DNA of 64,000 nt from Octopus vulgaris (GCA_951406725.2 OX597820.1:19406001-19470000), one strand, 5' to 3'; numbered from the stretch's first letter, positions 25,557-38,976 are shown. Notes: a model not told the origin generated them from the sequence alone. A program made the numbers and translations.

Positions 25557-26425
25557 GTTTAATTGGAAGCCGATTTTAGAGGGCTGGTATAAATTTGGAA
25601 AAGGTGGGTAACGTTTGGAGAAGGTTAGGAGGAGATAACTGACATTATCTACATATAGGGGTTATGTGTATGGTTTCTGGGGGCAGATAATGTAATCATA
25701 AAACGGTTACATATGTCTCCATGGCTGGACAGCTCATCATTTAGTTAGGTTTGACTTGGATCTGGCTAAATGATGACTGAACGACATTTGTCTCTTCTCT
25801 CACTTATATTTTTTATTTTCCGTTTTAATTTTATTTCTTCTGGTCTCTCCCACCTTCTCTCTCATAAACATGCACTCACACACACAGATACATAATCAGC
25901 CATGTAGACAGATGGTCTTTGGTATTCCTTCACAAAACCTTTACCTACCTTTTAGGCGGAATGAGAGCTGTCAGCCTGCATTGACAAAACAAGAGCTGTT
26001 GTATTTGACATAAAAATGTAAATAAGTTCATTTACATAACTATGAAAGCACAGTAGCAAGATAGGAAGTGGTGAACATCTACTGACCCGTAAAATTTTGT
26101 TCTAAGATACTGGTTCTAATGTTGCATTGTACTCTTAGGCAAGGTACATTATCTTACTTGCTCCATTTAGTCAACAACTTTGGACAACAATACCACCGTT
26201 CCCACTTCAATAGAACACTTGCCTGAACAGCTTCTACAAATATTCAGAATTGTTGAATTACCCTGTTCAATTCAAGCAAAATGATAGAAAACAGGTTTAA
26301 GCATTATAGCCGGTAATTTAAAGATTTTTGTTAAGCCCTCACCCTTCCAGTATAACTGTCGGCTAACCAACTACATCCACAATCTAGATCTAGATCAGGC
26401 CACTGCTAAGATTATTCTATTATTA

Positions 26426-27090
26426 ACCCTTTAGTTACCATACATTTTGTTGAAATACACTGCCTTTGTTTCAAGTTAATTTTTTGGAAATAAAGAAGAA
26501 TCTGGTAAAACAACTTTACTGTTGTTATAAAACTGGTGTTCGGAATATAATAAATTAACATGGAATTTTAAAAGCAGGTTTTTAATTTAGATCACTACAA
26601 AACAGGAAGTTTGGGATCTTTTTGGTTTGAACGGCAGTTTTTAACATACTTAATTTCTAGGTAACTAAAAAATTTTAAAACTTCGTATACTGGTAGAATG
26701 TGTTTATAAAACATCTTTTTCTCTTGGCTTTATTGAGAAAATTCTATTGTTTGTAAGATATTTCTTGTTTTTCTTTTCTTCAATTTCTGCAATTTCAACC
26801 AATCACTGACGTCTATTGAGGTAAAAAAAAACATTCTGTGCCATATGAATATGTCCCTCATTTAAGAAACAGATTGGGCTTATTTACAATTGTGAAGAAA
26901 GAAGATACCCTTCCCCCACCACCACCACCCCTAAAACAGATTGAAATGCAATAGATCGATACTAGGGTCATAATTATGGGTGACAATTTCATATGACACC
27001 GCTAGAAAAAACTGCCGTTCAAACCGAAAAGATCCGAAGTTGGTTATCATGGGACAAAGGGCAGTTTTTGAGCAGGTTGGTATCGAGAAG
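26426..27090. mobile_element. piggyBac-like MITE family F, interrupted by a Merlin-like MITE
   Basis: TTAA|CCCTTTAGTTACC left end and ..GGTATCGAGAAGG|TTGA right end; homologous to 35981-36596 and 57845-58240. Confidence 0.7.
26614..27035. mobile_element. Merlin-like MITE (family H)
   Basis: ~30-bp TIRs GGATCTTTTTGGTTTGAACGGCAGTTTTT / AAAAAACTGCCGTTCAAACCGAAAAGATCC; 8-bp TSD GAAGTTTG / GAAGTTGG; GG-initial TIRs with 8-9-bp TSDs are typical of Merlin (superfamily call is inference). Confidence 0.8.
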
Positions 27091-27562
27091 GTTGATACTA
27101 TAAACTGAAGCGCTGACTCTTAAACCTCTCTTTAACCCTGTATCTATGTTTAGTGTCCACAATTTCGCTCTCTTTTGCTGCGGTGGTGTTATAAAATTTT
27201 CTCGCTTGTATTGTGTTTTAAACTTGACACCTTTAAACTCTTTTTTTTTTTCCTCCCTACCTCTCTCACGCGTAACAACAGAAGGTTCACCCTTCCCACA
27301 TAATGCAACGTTTTTAAAAAGGAAACAATATACGTTTATATATATATATGTGTATGTATATATATATATGTATATATATGTATTTCCTAAATATTTATTC
27401 TTTTATAAGATATTTGATTTCTAGTTTTACGAAACCTGTTCTTTGTAAATTTATTGTCCTAGCTCGAAAGGGAAAAATGTAAATACTTTCATCTTATTTA
27501 AAATGTATGCCTGTCTTTTCTTTTATGGTATATTCCACTTTCTTCTCTCTCTCTCGCCTTCA

Positions 27563-27609
<47 letters not shown>

Positions 27610-28113
27610 CAATAAAGATCTATTGACAGCCACTGAATGTAACAGCTTGAAGCTATTATTTTCTTCCTGACAATCTTCTCAAATTTTTCTTGTTTCTTCT
27701 CCCTCTCTCTCCTTCCCTGCATCTCCCTTTTTTTCTCCCCCCCCCAGTTCTTTTCTTTCGTTCTTTCTGTCTTTATCTTCATTCTTCTTTTCTTTTCTTT
27801 TCTCTGAGTATATATCACAATAATTATCTGGAATAATTCCAGACAATCAAAGTTATCAGCTTTTGATGACTTTACAAAACTTTATTTATTTCTCCAGCAA
27901 ACTTGCAACTTCTTTCTCCTTCAACCTCCGACTCCTATCTCTGTTCTGGAATCAAATCAAGATTGAACGCTGCTACTACTATTGAGACAATGCAGAAACT
28001 CTGCAGGAATGGGTCATTCTATCCTTAGTGTGACTAAATGTTATCAACTCATAGAGGTACAACCACCGCAACTTGCTCTCTTCACACTGCCGGTCTTTCA
28101 GCAGTTTTGGAAA

Positions 28114-28166
<53 letters not shown>

Positions 28167-28939
28167 CACAGGAAGGAATGGCTGTGTGGTAAGAAGCTTG
28201 CTTCCCAACCTCCTGGTCCTGGTTTCAGTCCCACTACATGGTACCTTAGACAAGTGAGTTCTACTACAGCCTCAGGCCGTCCAAAGCCTTGAGTCAATCT
28301 AGTAGATGGAAGCTGAAAGAAGCCCGTCATATATGTGTGTATTCACATGCCACCAGCACAAGTGCCAATAAGGCGACGCAGGTAACGATCACACTCAAAT
28401 GGTATTTTTAACGTGTCATCGGCACAGAGGCCCGCTTCTTGTTCTGGCTACGATCTCACTTGTATGGTACTCTTAGCGCTCCACTAGCACGGATGCCAGT
28501 CATCGAATTTGATTTCGATATATATATTATGTGTAAAATTTTAAATTAGCACAAAGCATAAGGATGTGCAATGCATCAACCTGTTTAGAAATAGGAGCTA
28601 AAGTCCCAATTCAACTGCCAAAAAGCACCAAGTAACAGAAAATAACAGTAAGCGAGAAAATGGACAATGAATTAAGAAATTGAAAAGCATACCATTAAAG
28701 ATTTTACCATTCAAATGTTCATATACCATGGTGTCGGGTGCTGACCCAATAGGCCTCAACATGTGTGTGTGTGTGTATATTTTTGGGGTGGATCAAAAGT
28801 TTTGCACAAAATACATTCAGCATGCTCTGGAATTGTCAAAGACATACTTCCATTTTTCTACAATTGAATAAAAATAAATACAATAATGATGAGTACACAT
28901 GTACTTATACATGATAAACAAAATGAATAATTATAATAA

Positions 28940-29221
28940 TCTTTTCTACGATGGGCACAAGGCCTGAAATTTGGGGGAGGGAGTTAGTCGATTACATCGA
29001 CCCCAGTGTTTCACTGGTACTTATTTAATCGACCCCTAAAGAAGGAAAGGTAAAGTTGACCTCGGAATCTGAACTCAGAACATATTTTTTTATTACCCAC
29101 AAGGGGCTAAACATAGAGGAAACAAACAATGACAGACAAAGGGATTAAGTCGATTCCATCGACTCCAGTGCGTAACTGGTACTTTATTTATTGACCCCGA
29201 AAGGATGAAAGGCAAAGTCGA
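28940..29221 (-). mobile_element. family B SINE units (two tail types)
   Basis: Minus-strand B cores. Confidence 0.75.
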
Positions 29222-30233
29222 ACGTGTATGTATATATGTACACATGTACATATATGTGTTTGTGTATGTTTATATATATATACACACATGCATTTTTCAC
29301 CCTCATTTTGATTTTAATTTTATATATATATATATAAAAAATTAAAATCAAAATTGGATATTAAATTGATAACATCAATTTTAACACCAGTGGTCTAGCA
29401 TATACTGAATATATATATATATATATATCACCACCACCACGACTGACCAGGCTATCAGATGTTGCTACACATCGCTGGTCACAATGCGCTTCGCATTGTT
29501 TTAGCCTCCAAATGACGCCACCCCGCTGGCTAAGCGAGCAGGCCAATATCTATATATATATATACACACACACATATATACATATGTATATATGTGTATG
29601 TGTGCATATAGATGTACGGATGTATGTATATGTGTGTGTGTGTTATATATATATATATATAGTTCCATTCAAAAACGAATTTTATGATAAATAAATTTGA
29701 CTCTGCTTTTAATTATTGTCTCCTCGTCAATAAACATTCTGTTGTTCTTCTTTATATTGCTTACAAGTAATAAGCACATACACACAAACACATACATGTA
29801 ATCATTCATGCACACATACATATATACATATAGTTATGAATGTCCCCACACTTGAGTGAGTACAGTGTACATTTGTGCACGTGTTGGTATATGCTATGTG
29901 TGTGTGTGTTTCACTACCATTATTCAAATTTCTTGTTTGTTTTTTTAATGCTGTCATGAGATGCTCGACTCACTAATGCAGTTATTTTTCTGTGTTTATG
30001 CATTTGTGCATTTTAATTTCAACATTTGCCACTTACAAAACAAAAATTAAAAAAAACACAATTAACCTTTTCAGTGTTTAAATCTGACAACTACAAATTC
30101 CTAAATTATAGCGAAACAAATAAATATGTTGATTAATACACTTGAGTCTTTTATTGTGTTTCACCCATTCACCCTCTCCGTTCAGTTCAGCTATGTGGTA
30201 CCTTGGACAAATATATATATATGTTATATAAGC

Positions 30234-30558
30234 CGCCCCGACTGGCCTCGTGCCGGTGGCACGTAAAAAGCACCATCCATTTGTGGCCGTTGCCAGCCTC
30301 GCCTGGCCCCATGCCGGTGGCACATAAAAAGCACCATCCGTCCGTGGCCGTTTGCCAGCTCCATCTGGCACCTGTGCGGGTGGCACGTAAAAAGCACCCA
30401 CTACACTCACGGAGTGGTTGGCGTTAGGAAGGGCATCCAGCCGTAGAAACACTGCCAGATCAGACTGGGCCTGATGCAGCCTTCTGGCTTCCCAGACCCC
30501 AGTTGAACCGTCCAACCCATTCTAGCATGGAAAGCGGACGCTAAATGATGATGATGAT
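30234..30558 (+). mobile_element. SINE family C
   Basis: Subrepeats, core and (GAT)n tail. Confidence 0.85.
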
Positions 30559-30630
30559 AAGCACCAAGATAACAGTGCCTTGTAGAATTTGAACTTGTAA
30601 CTTTCACAATAGTTCTTCAAATGTTGGTAA

Positions 30631-30820
30631 ATCATCATTATCATCATTGTTCGACTGTGGTCGAGACAATGGAATTTACCATGCTACGCCAGACTTTACG
30701 GTCCATCATAGCATTACGGAGGTCCTGTTGTTGGATGCCTGTATCCCTGGAGATTACATCAGGGTAGGAGAGTGTGTGCTCTCTGGTATTGCGAGTAGAT
30801 GGCTTCCAGAGGAGAAGAGT
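30631..30820 (-). mobile_element. RTE-clade LINE 3' fragment
   Basis: Minus frame TLLLWKPSTRNTREHTLSYPDVISRDTGIQQQDLRNAMMDRKVWRSMVNSIVSTTVEQ*, matching the RTE C-terminal LWxP..Y.D....DTG..AM.DR..WR pattern; (GAT)n tail. Confidence 0.8.
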
Positions 30821-30873
30821 AAATATCCTGAAGGCAAATATGTCAACTGGATGAAGAATATTCTTTCATTCTA

Positions 30874-31462
30874 AGGTGACGAAATGCTTAGTGGTATTTC
30901 ATCTGCTGCTACGTTCTGAGTTCAAATTCTGCCGACGTCGACTTTGCCTTTCATCCTTTCGGTGTCGATTAAATAAGTACCAGTTACACACTGGGGTCGA
31001 TGTAATCGACTTAATCCGTTTGTCTGTCCTTGTTTGCCCTCTCTGTGCTTAGCCCCTTGTAGGTAGTAAAGAAATAGGTATTTCGCCTGTCTTTACGTTC
31101 TGAGTTCAAATTCCGCCGAGGTCAACTTTGCCTTTCATCATTTAAGGGTCAATAAATTAAGTACCAGTTGCATACTGAGATCAATCAAATTGACTGCCCA
31201 CCTCCTCCAAAATCTTGGGTCTTGTCCCTAAAGTAGAAAAGAATATATTATAAAGGCAGTGAGCTGGCAGAAACTTTAGCATGTCAGGCGAAATGCTTAG
31301 TGTTATTTCGTTTGTCTTTATGTTCTGAGTTCAAATTCTGCCGAGGTCAACTTTGCCTTTCATCCTTTTGGGGTCGATAAATTAAGTACCAGTTGTGTAC
31401 TGGGGTCGATCTAAGCGACTGCACTCTGTCCAAAAATTTCGGGCCTTGTGCCCTGAGTAGAA
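30874..31462 (+). mobile_element. family B SINE trimer
   Basis: Three B units bracketed by one 20-bp duplication AAGAATATTCTTTCAWTCTA (30854-30873 / 31463-31482). Confidence 0.85.
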
Positions 31463-31580
31463 AAGAATATTCTTTCAATCTAGAAAAGAGTGACGCCAAC
31501 TTGTTTCATTTCATTAAGATGTCAGATATTCAATGATTTGCTAATTATTACATACATTTTCCTAAAATATCTTTGTCTTT

Positions 31581-32600
31581 TATTAGTTTAAATCATTGGA
31601 CTGTGGCCATGCTGGGGCCCTGCTCTGAAGGGTTTTAGTTGAACAGATCAACCCCCCCCCCATCAGTACTTATTTTTCAGTCTGGTTTTAATACTTATTC
31701 TGTTGATCCCTTTTGCCAAACTGCTACCTTATGGGAGCATAAACAAACTGACAGTAGTTGTCAAGCATTAGGGGAGTACAAATATACACACATATGTTGT
31801 GCTTCCTCACAGTTACTGTCTAGCATAACCCAGTACTTGTTTTTTAAGTTTGGTACTTATTCTATTGGTCTCTTGTGCCATACTGCTAAGTTATGGGAAC
31901 ATAAACAAACCAATACCGGTTGTCAAGCATTAGAGGAGTACAAAGACACACACATACGCATATAACAAGCTTCCACACAGTCTCCATCTATCAATTCACT
32001 CACAAGACATTGGTCAGTGCAGGACTATAGTAAAAGACATTTGTCCGAGGTGCCACACAGCTGAACTGAACCGGAGACTTTGCAGATGGGAAGCAAACTT
32101 CTCAACCACAGAGCGACTAGAATCCTTCGATCACCTCTGTCTACGCTGCATCCTTCGTGTCCGATGGCATCACTTTGTCTCCAACAATTCAGTGCGACAC
32201 CAGTGCAGAATCACTTCCCTTCGACCAATCATCCTAACAAGACGTCTGCGTTGGCTGGATCATGCCCTCTGTTGTCAACCAGGAGAATTCATCTATGAAG
32301 CAATTGCCCCAGCTCCCTTTTCAGGGTTGGTGGAAACGATGTGGTGGACAATGCAAAACCTGGCTGATGACAGTCAAGGCTGATCTGGAACCCAACCTAG
32401 GCCCCCATATCTACAGCGTTCGCTGCTGGAATAAGGAGTGGTTGGAGATCATGTGGTCGTTAGCCTCAAATCGCCGGGTCTGGTCGGCGTTTGTGAGAGA
32501 TGCAGCATTGAGGATGAATGAAGCCAGCTCAACCCACCCCAGGTGAATGCTGTCTCAAGTAAAATCAAGTCAAGTCAACCACAGAGCCATGCCTGTGCCC
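31581..32600 (-). mobile_element. family A SINE with internal duplication, interrupted by an RTE LINE
   Basis: A-family modules on the minus strand; head resumes after 32575. Confidence 0.7.
32115..32574 (+). mobile_element. RTE-clade LINE 3' fragment (frameshifted)
   Basis: RRLRWLDHAL..GWWKRCGGQCKTW..TVKADLE..GP.IY..R.WN..W..LASNRRVW remnant; (CAAGT)n tail; 13-bp TSD TCAACCACAGAGC (32102-32114 / 32575-32587). Confidence 0.9.
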
Positions 32601-33099
32601 TTAGCAGGTTAATACCGTGACTCAGTTTTTGATTTCCTGTTGAAGCAGTTGCCCTTGATTTTTTGCTACTAAAGCATAACACCACACCTTTCATGCAGTA
32701 TGTAGATTGGCTTCTTTGTCACAAAGAAACGAGAAATGAAAGTGCTTTCAGATCACCCAGGTAATGTCGTTACAGATTAAAAGCATTATGCTATTTAGTT
32801 TTATCTAAGTTCAATGATAAAGTATTTATCAGCTCAATAATGAGTTTATTTTTCCCTTCTTCTGCAAAACAGGCCTTGTTTCTGTGCTAGAAATCATTAT
32901 TATTTTTATTAGTAATGCAAGTAAATTGACCAAATGAGAAAAGTGTTGGATACTTTGATTTAACAAGTATTGTCCTCTATCTACAATAAGACACACCAGT
33001 GATTTAGTGACCTAAATTTACTATTGGTGTCTTGTTTGTACTAAAGTAGTGACTAAAGAAATTCAGTTCACTTTTTTCATCGTTTTCCTTATCATTTAT

Positions 33100-33505
33100 C
33101 GTTTGCTTGTTTCGGTCATTGACTGTGGCCATGCTACAGCATCACCTTGGAGGGTTTTTAGTCAAACAAACTGAATTCAGTACTGATTTTTTCTTTCTCT
33201 TCTTTTTTTTTTTTTTTTTTCCAAATTTTGCTACTTGCTTTATTGACTTCTTGCCAAACTGCTAAGTTATAGGGATGTAAACAAACAAACACTGGTTGTC
33301 TAGCAGTGGTGGTGGGGAGACACTTAAACACAGTGACAGACAGACGCACGATGGGCTTCTTTACAGTTTCTATCTACCAAACCCGCTCACAAGTCTTTGG
33401 TTGGTCTGGGGTTATAGTACAAGACACTTTTCAAAGGTGCCATGCAGTGGGACTGAACCCAAATCCACAAAGTTGGGAAGTAAACCCCGTACCTGCACAG
33501 CCATG
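33100..33505 (-). mobile_element. family A SINE, diverged
   Basis: Reverse complement of family A. Confidence 0.8.
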
Positions 33506-33891
33506 AGTCACAAAGAAAGAAAGTTCCAGTAACTGTCAACATGATTTTTGTTGGGAAATGCATGACCATTACAAAGTTCCCTTTCACATGCACTGAACAT
33601 TTTAAGGTGCTCTCAGCTAGCTGCCCTTCCTGTGTCCATGGGTCAGCTTACCAAAACTCTTCAGTTCCCTTTGTCTTGTGCTATTTGCATGCAATCAATC
33701 AGATTCTTGTTTCTGGTCCATTCTTTGCTCCAGCATGGCCGCAGTTACATGACTGAAACAAGTAAAAGAGTTGTGCTAAAAATTTGAAACTGGTATTGTG
33801 ACCCCTACTGAGGGGGTGGTGAGCTGGCAGGATCATTCGATTGTCAGACAAAATGCCTTGTAGTATTTAGTTAAGACCTTTTAGTTTTTAA

Positions 33892-34110
33892 CCCTTTAGT
33901 GTTCTGATTATTCTATCAAACATAATGCTTATTGATTCCCATTGTTTTGAATTAATCATGCATTATCCCATATCTTCAAGATCTTGATGGTGTAATTACT
34001 TAATGTAGAATAACATTGTAGGGTAGGTGTGAGAGCCTGGATCTGGTCAGTTTGAACATAAAACAGATTAAATATTTTGGCCGGATATGGCCGGTTTAAA
34101 TACTAAAGGG
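33892..34110. mobile_element. piggyBac-like MITE, family E
   Basis: TTAA|CCCTTTAG ... CTAAAGGG|TTAA; homologous to 1672-1891. Confidence 0.85.
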
Positions 34111-34255
34111 TTAAGTTCCAATCCAATCTTGTCATCTTTTCTTTTCATTCTTCTGAGGATAATGAAATAAGTTCTTGAGTTTAATTAATAGGCTTCAGCC
34201 CCTATCTACCATCCCAAGAACTCTGTAGACTTGTATGGATGCTTGAAATCAGCAT

Positions 34256-34674
34256 AGGCGTAGGAGTGGCTGTGTGGTAAGTAGCTTGCTTACCAACCAC
34301 ATGGTTCCAGGTTCATTCCCACTGCGTGGCACCTTGGGCAGGTGTCTTCTACTATAGCCTCGGGCCGACCAAAGTCTTGTGAGTGGATTTGGAAGATGGA
34401 AACTGAAAGAAACCCACCGTATATATGTATATATATATATGTATGTACGTGTGTGTATATGTTTGTGTGTCTGTGGTTGTCCCCCCAATATCACTTGACA
34501 ACCGATGCTGGTGTGTTTATGTCCTCCGTAACTTAGCGGTTCGGCAAAAGAGAATGATTGAATAAGTACTAGGCTTACAAAGAATAAGTCCTGGTGTCGA
34601 TTTGCTCAACTAAAGGCAGTGCTCCAGCATGGCTACAGTCAAATGACTGAAACAAGTAAAAGACTAAAGGAGTA
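34256..34674 (+). mobile_element. family A SINE, full length
   Basis: Near-identical to 1017-1432. Confidence 0.9.
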
Positions 34675-35482
34675 TAACTGCCAACAAAGGATCTTCTATA
34701 TCAGGGGTTCTCAGCCATTTTTTGCCTATGGACCCGTTTGTTTACTATTTTATTCTGTTGGGCACGCTGCCATATCCATTCATCATCATCATCATCGTTT
34801 AAAGTCCGTTTTCCATGCTAGCATGGGTTGGACGGTTCGACCGGGGTCTGGGAAGCCAGGAGGCTGCACCACGCTCCAGTCTGATTCAATGTTTTAAAAA
34901 CTAGTTTTATAAAAACTTCTTTCGAAATTCCTTGTTTGTTCAGTCAGGACCGATTTGGAACTAAACCACAACAACAACAACAATAACCTAAACCAGTTTT
35001 GCTTTTTGTCCTTCTGAGTTTCATAAAATAATTTCATAGAGTTTGATTTACATGATTATTAACCCCTCCTTCTATAACTACTGCCCCATGCGATAAGTTA
35101 TAGGAAGTCAACGTTATATCTTTACTGTTGCTGCTCTTTTGTTGTTAAGTTGGGTCCCAAGATGTGAGAGTAAATTCTGGTAATCGGATATAATCGCAGG
35201 AATTTTAGGAGCAAGATGAGGATCAGCATCAGCGAAAGTCAATTACCAGAACAACAACTGAACTCAAGTGTGGCTTTTATTTCAAGGTTTGCTAAACTGA
35301 TTCCATGTTTCAATTTTGATTGGGCAGGGGAGAGAAAGTATGTTTTTTTTGTTTTTCCTTTAGAAAATTCCGGATGGTTCTTATGGCAGATGTGAGAATG
35401 CTATTCCATAAACAAGAACGAAATTTTTTTTTTATTATTATGGATATATCTGTGTATTAAGTTAGTTGTTTTAAGTTATAAT

Positions 35483-35886
35483 AGGTGCAAGAATGGCTGT
35501 GTGGTAAGTAACTTACTTACCAACCACATGGTTCCGAGTTCAGTCCCACTACATGGCACCTTGAGCAAGTGTCTTCTACTATAACCTCAGGCCGACCAAA
35601 GCCTTGTGAGTGAATTTGGTAGACAGAAACTGAAAGAAGCCTGTCATATATATCTATATGTATATATATATATATGTGTGTGTTTGCGTTCTGTGTTTGT
35701 CCCCCTGCCATCGCTTGACAACCGATGTTGATGTGTTTACGTCCCTGTAACTTAGTGGTTCGGCAAAAGAGGCTGATAGAATAAGTACTAGGCTTACAAA
35801 GAATAAGTCCCGGGGTCGATTTGCTCGACTAAAGGCGGTACTCCAGCATGGTCGCAGTCAAATGACTGAAACAAGTGAAAGAGTAA
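35483..35886 (+). mobile_element. family A SINE, full length
   Basis: Near-identical to 1017-1432. Confidence 0.9.
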
Positions 35887-35980
35887 TTTCACAAGAAACC
35901 ACTTCTTGCGTTTATACTGTTAACCTCAGTGTATAGAGTTACATTAAAACCTTAACATGTACAAGATGGAGAGGTGTTAA

Positions 35981-36596
35981 CCCTTTTTGTTGTTATGTTT
36001 CTACTGAAATACTCCAAGTTTTGTTTTAATTAATTTTTGAGAAAATGAAAAATTTAGCAAAACAACTTTGTCACTATTAATCTGATGTTTGGAACATAAA
36101 TTAACAAGAAATTTTGATGGAAGGTTTCCATTTATCTCACTTTGAAACAAAATTTTTTCATAGAACTGGGGAAGCACTCCGTCGGTTACGACGATGAGGG
36201 TTCCAGTTGATCCGAATCAACGGAACAGCCTGCTCGTGAAATTAATGTGTAAGTGGCTGAGCACTCCACAGACACGTGCACCCTTAACGTAGTTCTCGGG
36301 GATATTCAGCGTGACACAGAGAGTGACAAGGCCGGCCCCTTGAAATACAGGTACAACAGAAACAGGAAGTAAGAGTGAGAGAAAGTTGTGGTGAAAGAGT
36401 GCAGCAGGGATCACCACCATCCCCTGCCGGAGCCTCGTGGAGCTTTTAGGTGTTTTCGCTCAATAAACACTCACAACGTCCGGTCTGGGAATTGAAACTG
36501 CGATCCTATGACCGCGAGTCCGCTGCCCTAACCACTGGGCCATTGCACCTCCACATAGAACTAGAGGCAGTTTCAGGCATCTTGGTATCAGAATGG
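35981..36596. mobile_element. piggyBac-like MITE family F, interrupted by a SINE
   Basis: TTAA|CCCTTT ... GGTATCAGAATGG|TTAA. Confidence 0.7.
36168..36553 (-). mobile_element. tRNA-derived SINE (OR-type head), full length and CpG-retaining
   Basis: Minus head TGGAGGTGCAATGGCCCAGTGGTTAGGGCAGCGGACTCGCGG; 9-bp TSD CATAGAACT (36159-36167 / 36554-36562). Confidence 0.9.
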
Positions 36597-37871
36597 TTAA
36601 ACTGGTGGTCCTTATTTAACCTTTTCTTTTTTTATTAATATCTCTCCCCTTTAATTAGTTATGCCTAGTGCCCTCCTAAGTGGTGAATAAGCTATCATGA
36701 CTAACCTAACTTAACATGGATGATAATTTCTAAATTTTACTCTAAAAATGGGTTGTTTAAGCTTTTAACAGTGAAATAATAAAAAAAAAATGAATAAAGA
36801 CAAAACTTGTGAATTTACTTTAAAACATTTCAAGTTAACGACTTTCCTGTGCCTGATGAGATCCCATTTTATTTTAACAACCATTACTAGTTTTATCGTG
36901 TATAATATAATTACCTCTATTGGAAAAATTTAGGATATTAATTATGTTACCCCATACGCTCTTTAAAGCCTAATGCTTCCTTTGACATGCCCAGCACCCC
37001 ATTGGGGGTGGTACCGTCCTCATTGAGGACCTCTGGTTTACACCACCCTGTCTTTCTATGAAAAGTAATGCATCTAGAACCAACATGTACCTTTTGAAAG
37101 ACAATAGGCTTTATTTAAAGAGATTTGGCTGCTATTTTAAGCAGGCTGGGCAACCGAGTAGAAGCCACATCCATGTGTTTAGTGATTAACTTTCGACTGG
37201 GTTTACGAAATGATATGACAATGGCAGACAGCGAACATCTTGGACACTGTAACCTAGAATTGTACTTCACCCAACTCTCTAGCTTCTCACATTATTGTGT
37301 AAATGTTTTTGTTTATTGAAATTTGTTACATTATATTTTTTATAATTCAAAAACTAAATTTATAAAAAAAATAAAATAAATGAAAATAAAACTTTTGTTG
37401 TTATAATTGATTGACTTGATCCAAGTACAAAAGTTCCCAGATAGTGTGGCCTGACATGCTGTTGTCTCCTGAAGCTATTGTATGTGTGTGTGTGTGTGCA
37501 CGCGTGTGCACACTAGAGATTTTGTTGTTCTTTGTTTAAATATTTCATTCACACAGGAATATGATTTATATTTCGAATAACAGAAAAACAAACGAAACAC
37601 CTCCACTTTTTAACTGCTCAGTTTCAAATACATACACCAAAGTAAAATTATTATCAATGTATCTTGCAAAATCACAATATTTGGTTATCACCATTGATGC
37701 CTTTCTCCAAAAGATAGTTTTCGTCTAATTCAATATCACGTGTGTTTCCCTGTACAACTGCCTTCACTGGACAGTTTTGTATAGAACCCGACAGTACTGA
37801 TTCGCTTGTAGTGATGGAAACGTTATATTTTTTGTGCACTGCCTGATAACTGATGCACTTCTCAAAAGAGA

Positions 37872-37901
37872 ATGGTCCTTTATCAGAAAACTTATGACGA
37901 G
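37872..37901 (+). other. candidate ATG-led first exon (MVLYQKTYDE)
   Basis: Phase-0 donor GAG|GTAAGG at the end of a ~250-bp non-repetitive stretch. Confidence 0.2.
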
Positions 37902-37907
37902 GTAAGG

Positions 37908-38023
37908 CAGTGTTTCTCAACCCTTTTACCCTTAAAATAAATTACATGTTTCAAGGAACCCCTGCACAAAAAAATTATGTTCTATATCTTTCTAATTTTT
38001 TTCATTGTACCTCATGCGGTAAT

Positions 38024-38068
<45 letters not shown>

Positions 38069-38229
38069 TTAAGGGTAGAAATTGATATTAGTCAATTAAA
38101 ACCAGTGGTCTAGCATATTAAAAAGAATCCGAAGATTAAAATATTTTTATATACCAATTAAGGACTGAACACGAAAAGTGGACAGTCAACATGCTAGATA
38201 TAGACGTCAATTATTTGGTATATATAATT

Positions 38230-38284
<55 letters not shown>

Positions 38285-38704
38285 AGTTGCCACTACACAC
38301 ATTTTTTTTCTCTCCTTGGTTTTTCTGTGTTCCTTTCTGTGGAAGAGCATAGGCTCAAAACGTTAAAGACTTTTTCAATTCCTGAGCGTTATACTAATAC
38401 ATCTGTTTGTTTTCTATACCATCCTGTCTTCGTCTTTTGTTTTTTTCGTGAATTCTCCCTATATATATATATGATACAGGGTTTCCATAAGTTACTGACA
38501 TCACTTAATATATCCCCTGTAGTTATTGTATTCTTTTTATAACATAATAGGTTAGATAGGATGATGTCTATATTACAATATTAGAGTAACCAATAATATG
38601 TTGTGCATGTCTAGTAATATTATGATGATGAAATTAGCATTAGCTTATCTTACTCTTTCTCGTGGAACCCTAAGGTTCCAAGGAACCTTGGTTGAGAAAC
38701 GCTG
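37908..38704. mobile_element. hAT-like MITE with nested TA arrays and insertions
   Basis: TIRs CAGTGTTTCTCAACC / GGTTGAGAAACGCTG; 8-bp TSD AGGTAAGG / AGATAAGG. Confidence 0.85.
38333..38368 (+). ncRNA. degenerate minimal hammerhead-like motif in a TA-embedded element (~38282-38460)
   Basis: CTTT-CTGTGGA-A-GAGC atag GCTC-AAAAC-GTT-AAAG; stems I and II pair but the core is non-canonical. Confidence 0.4.
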
Positions 38705-38976
38705 AGATAAGGTCTCACATATTTCCTTTTTGTTGGGTGTATGTTTGGTTTAACTGTTTAGAATTCAGATTGCTTTGACAAATATAGTGCTTATTTATTC
38801 ACATAGTTTTGAGTTAATCCTGCATTATCTTGTAGCTTTGAGATTTCAGTGATGTGATTGTGTATTAGAATTGCATTGTTGGGTAGGTGTAAGAGGTCAA
38901 ATCTAGCTGGTTTGAAGGCAAAAAACAGGTAGAATATTTGGACCATGTTGTTCAGAAATTAATCATACATTATCTC

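Noticed and set aside
26905-26936. Telomeric-repeat remnant (CCCTAA)
   Set aside because: A single unit internal to the family H MITE, also present in its other copy
34625-34662. Hammerhead in the family A tail (AGTC aaat GACT GAAAC AA GTA)
   Set aside because: It has a stem plus GAAAC but no CUGANGA-like core or stem I upstream
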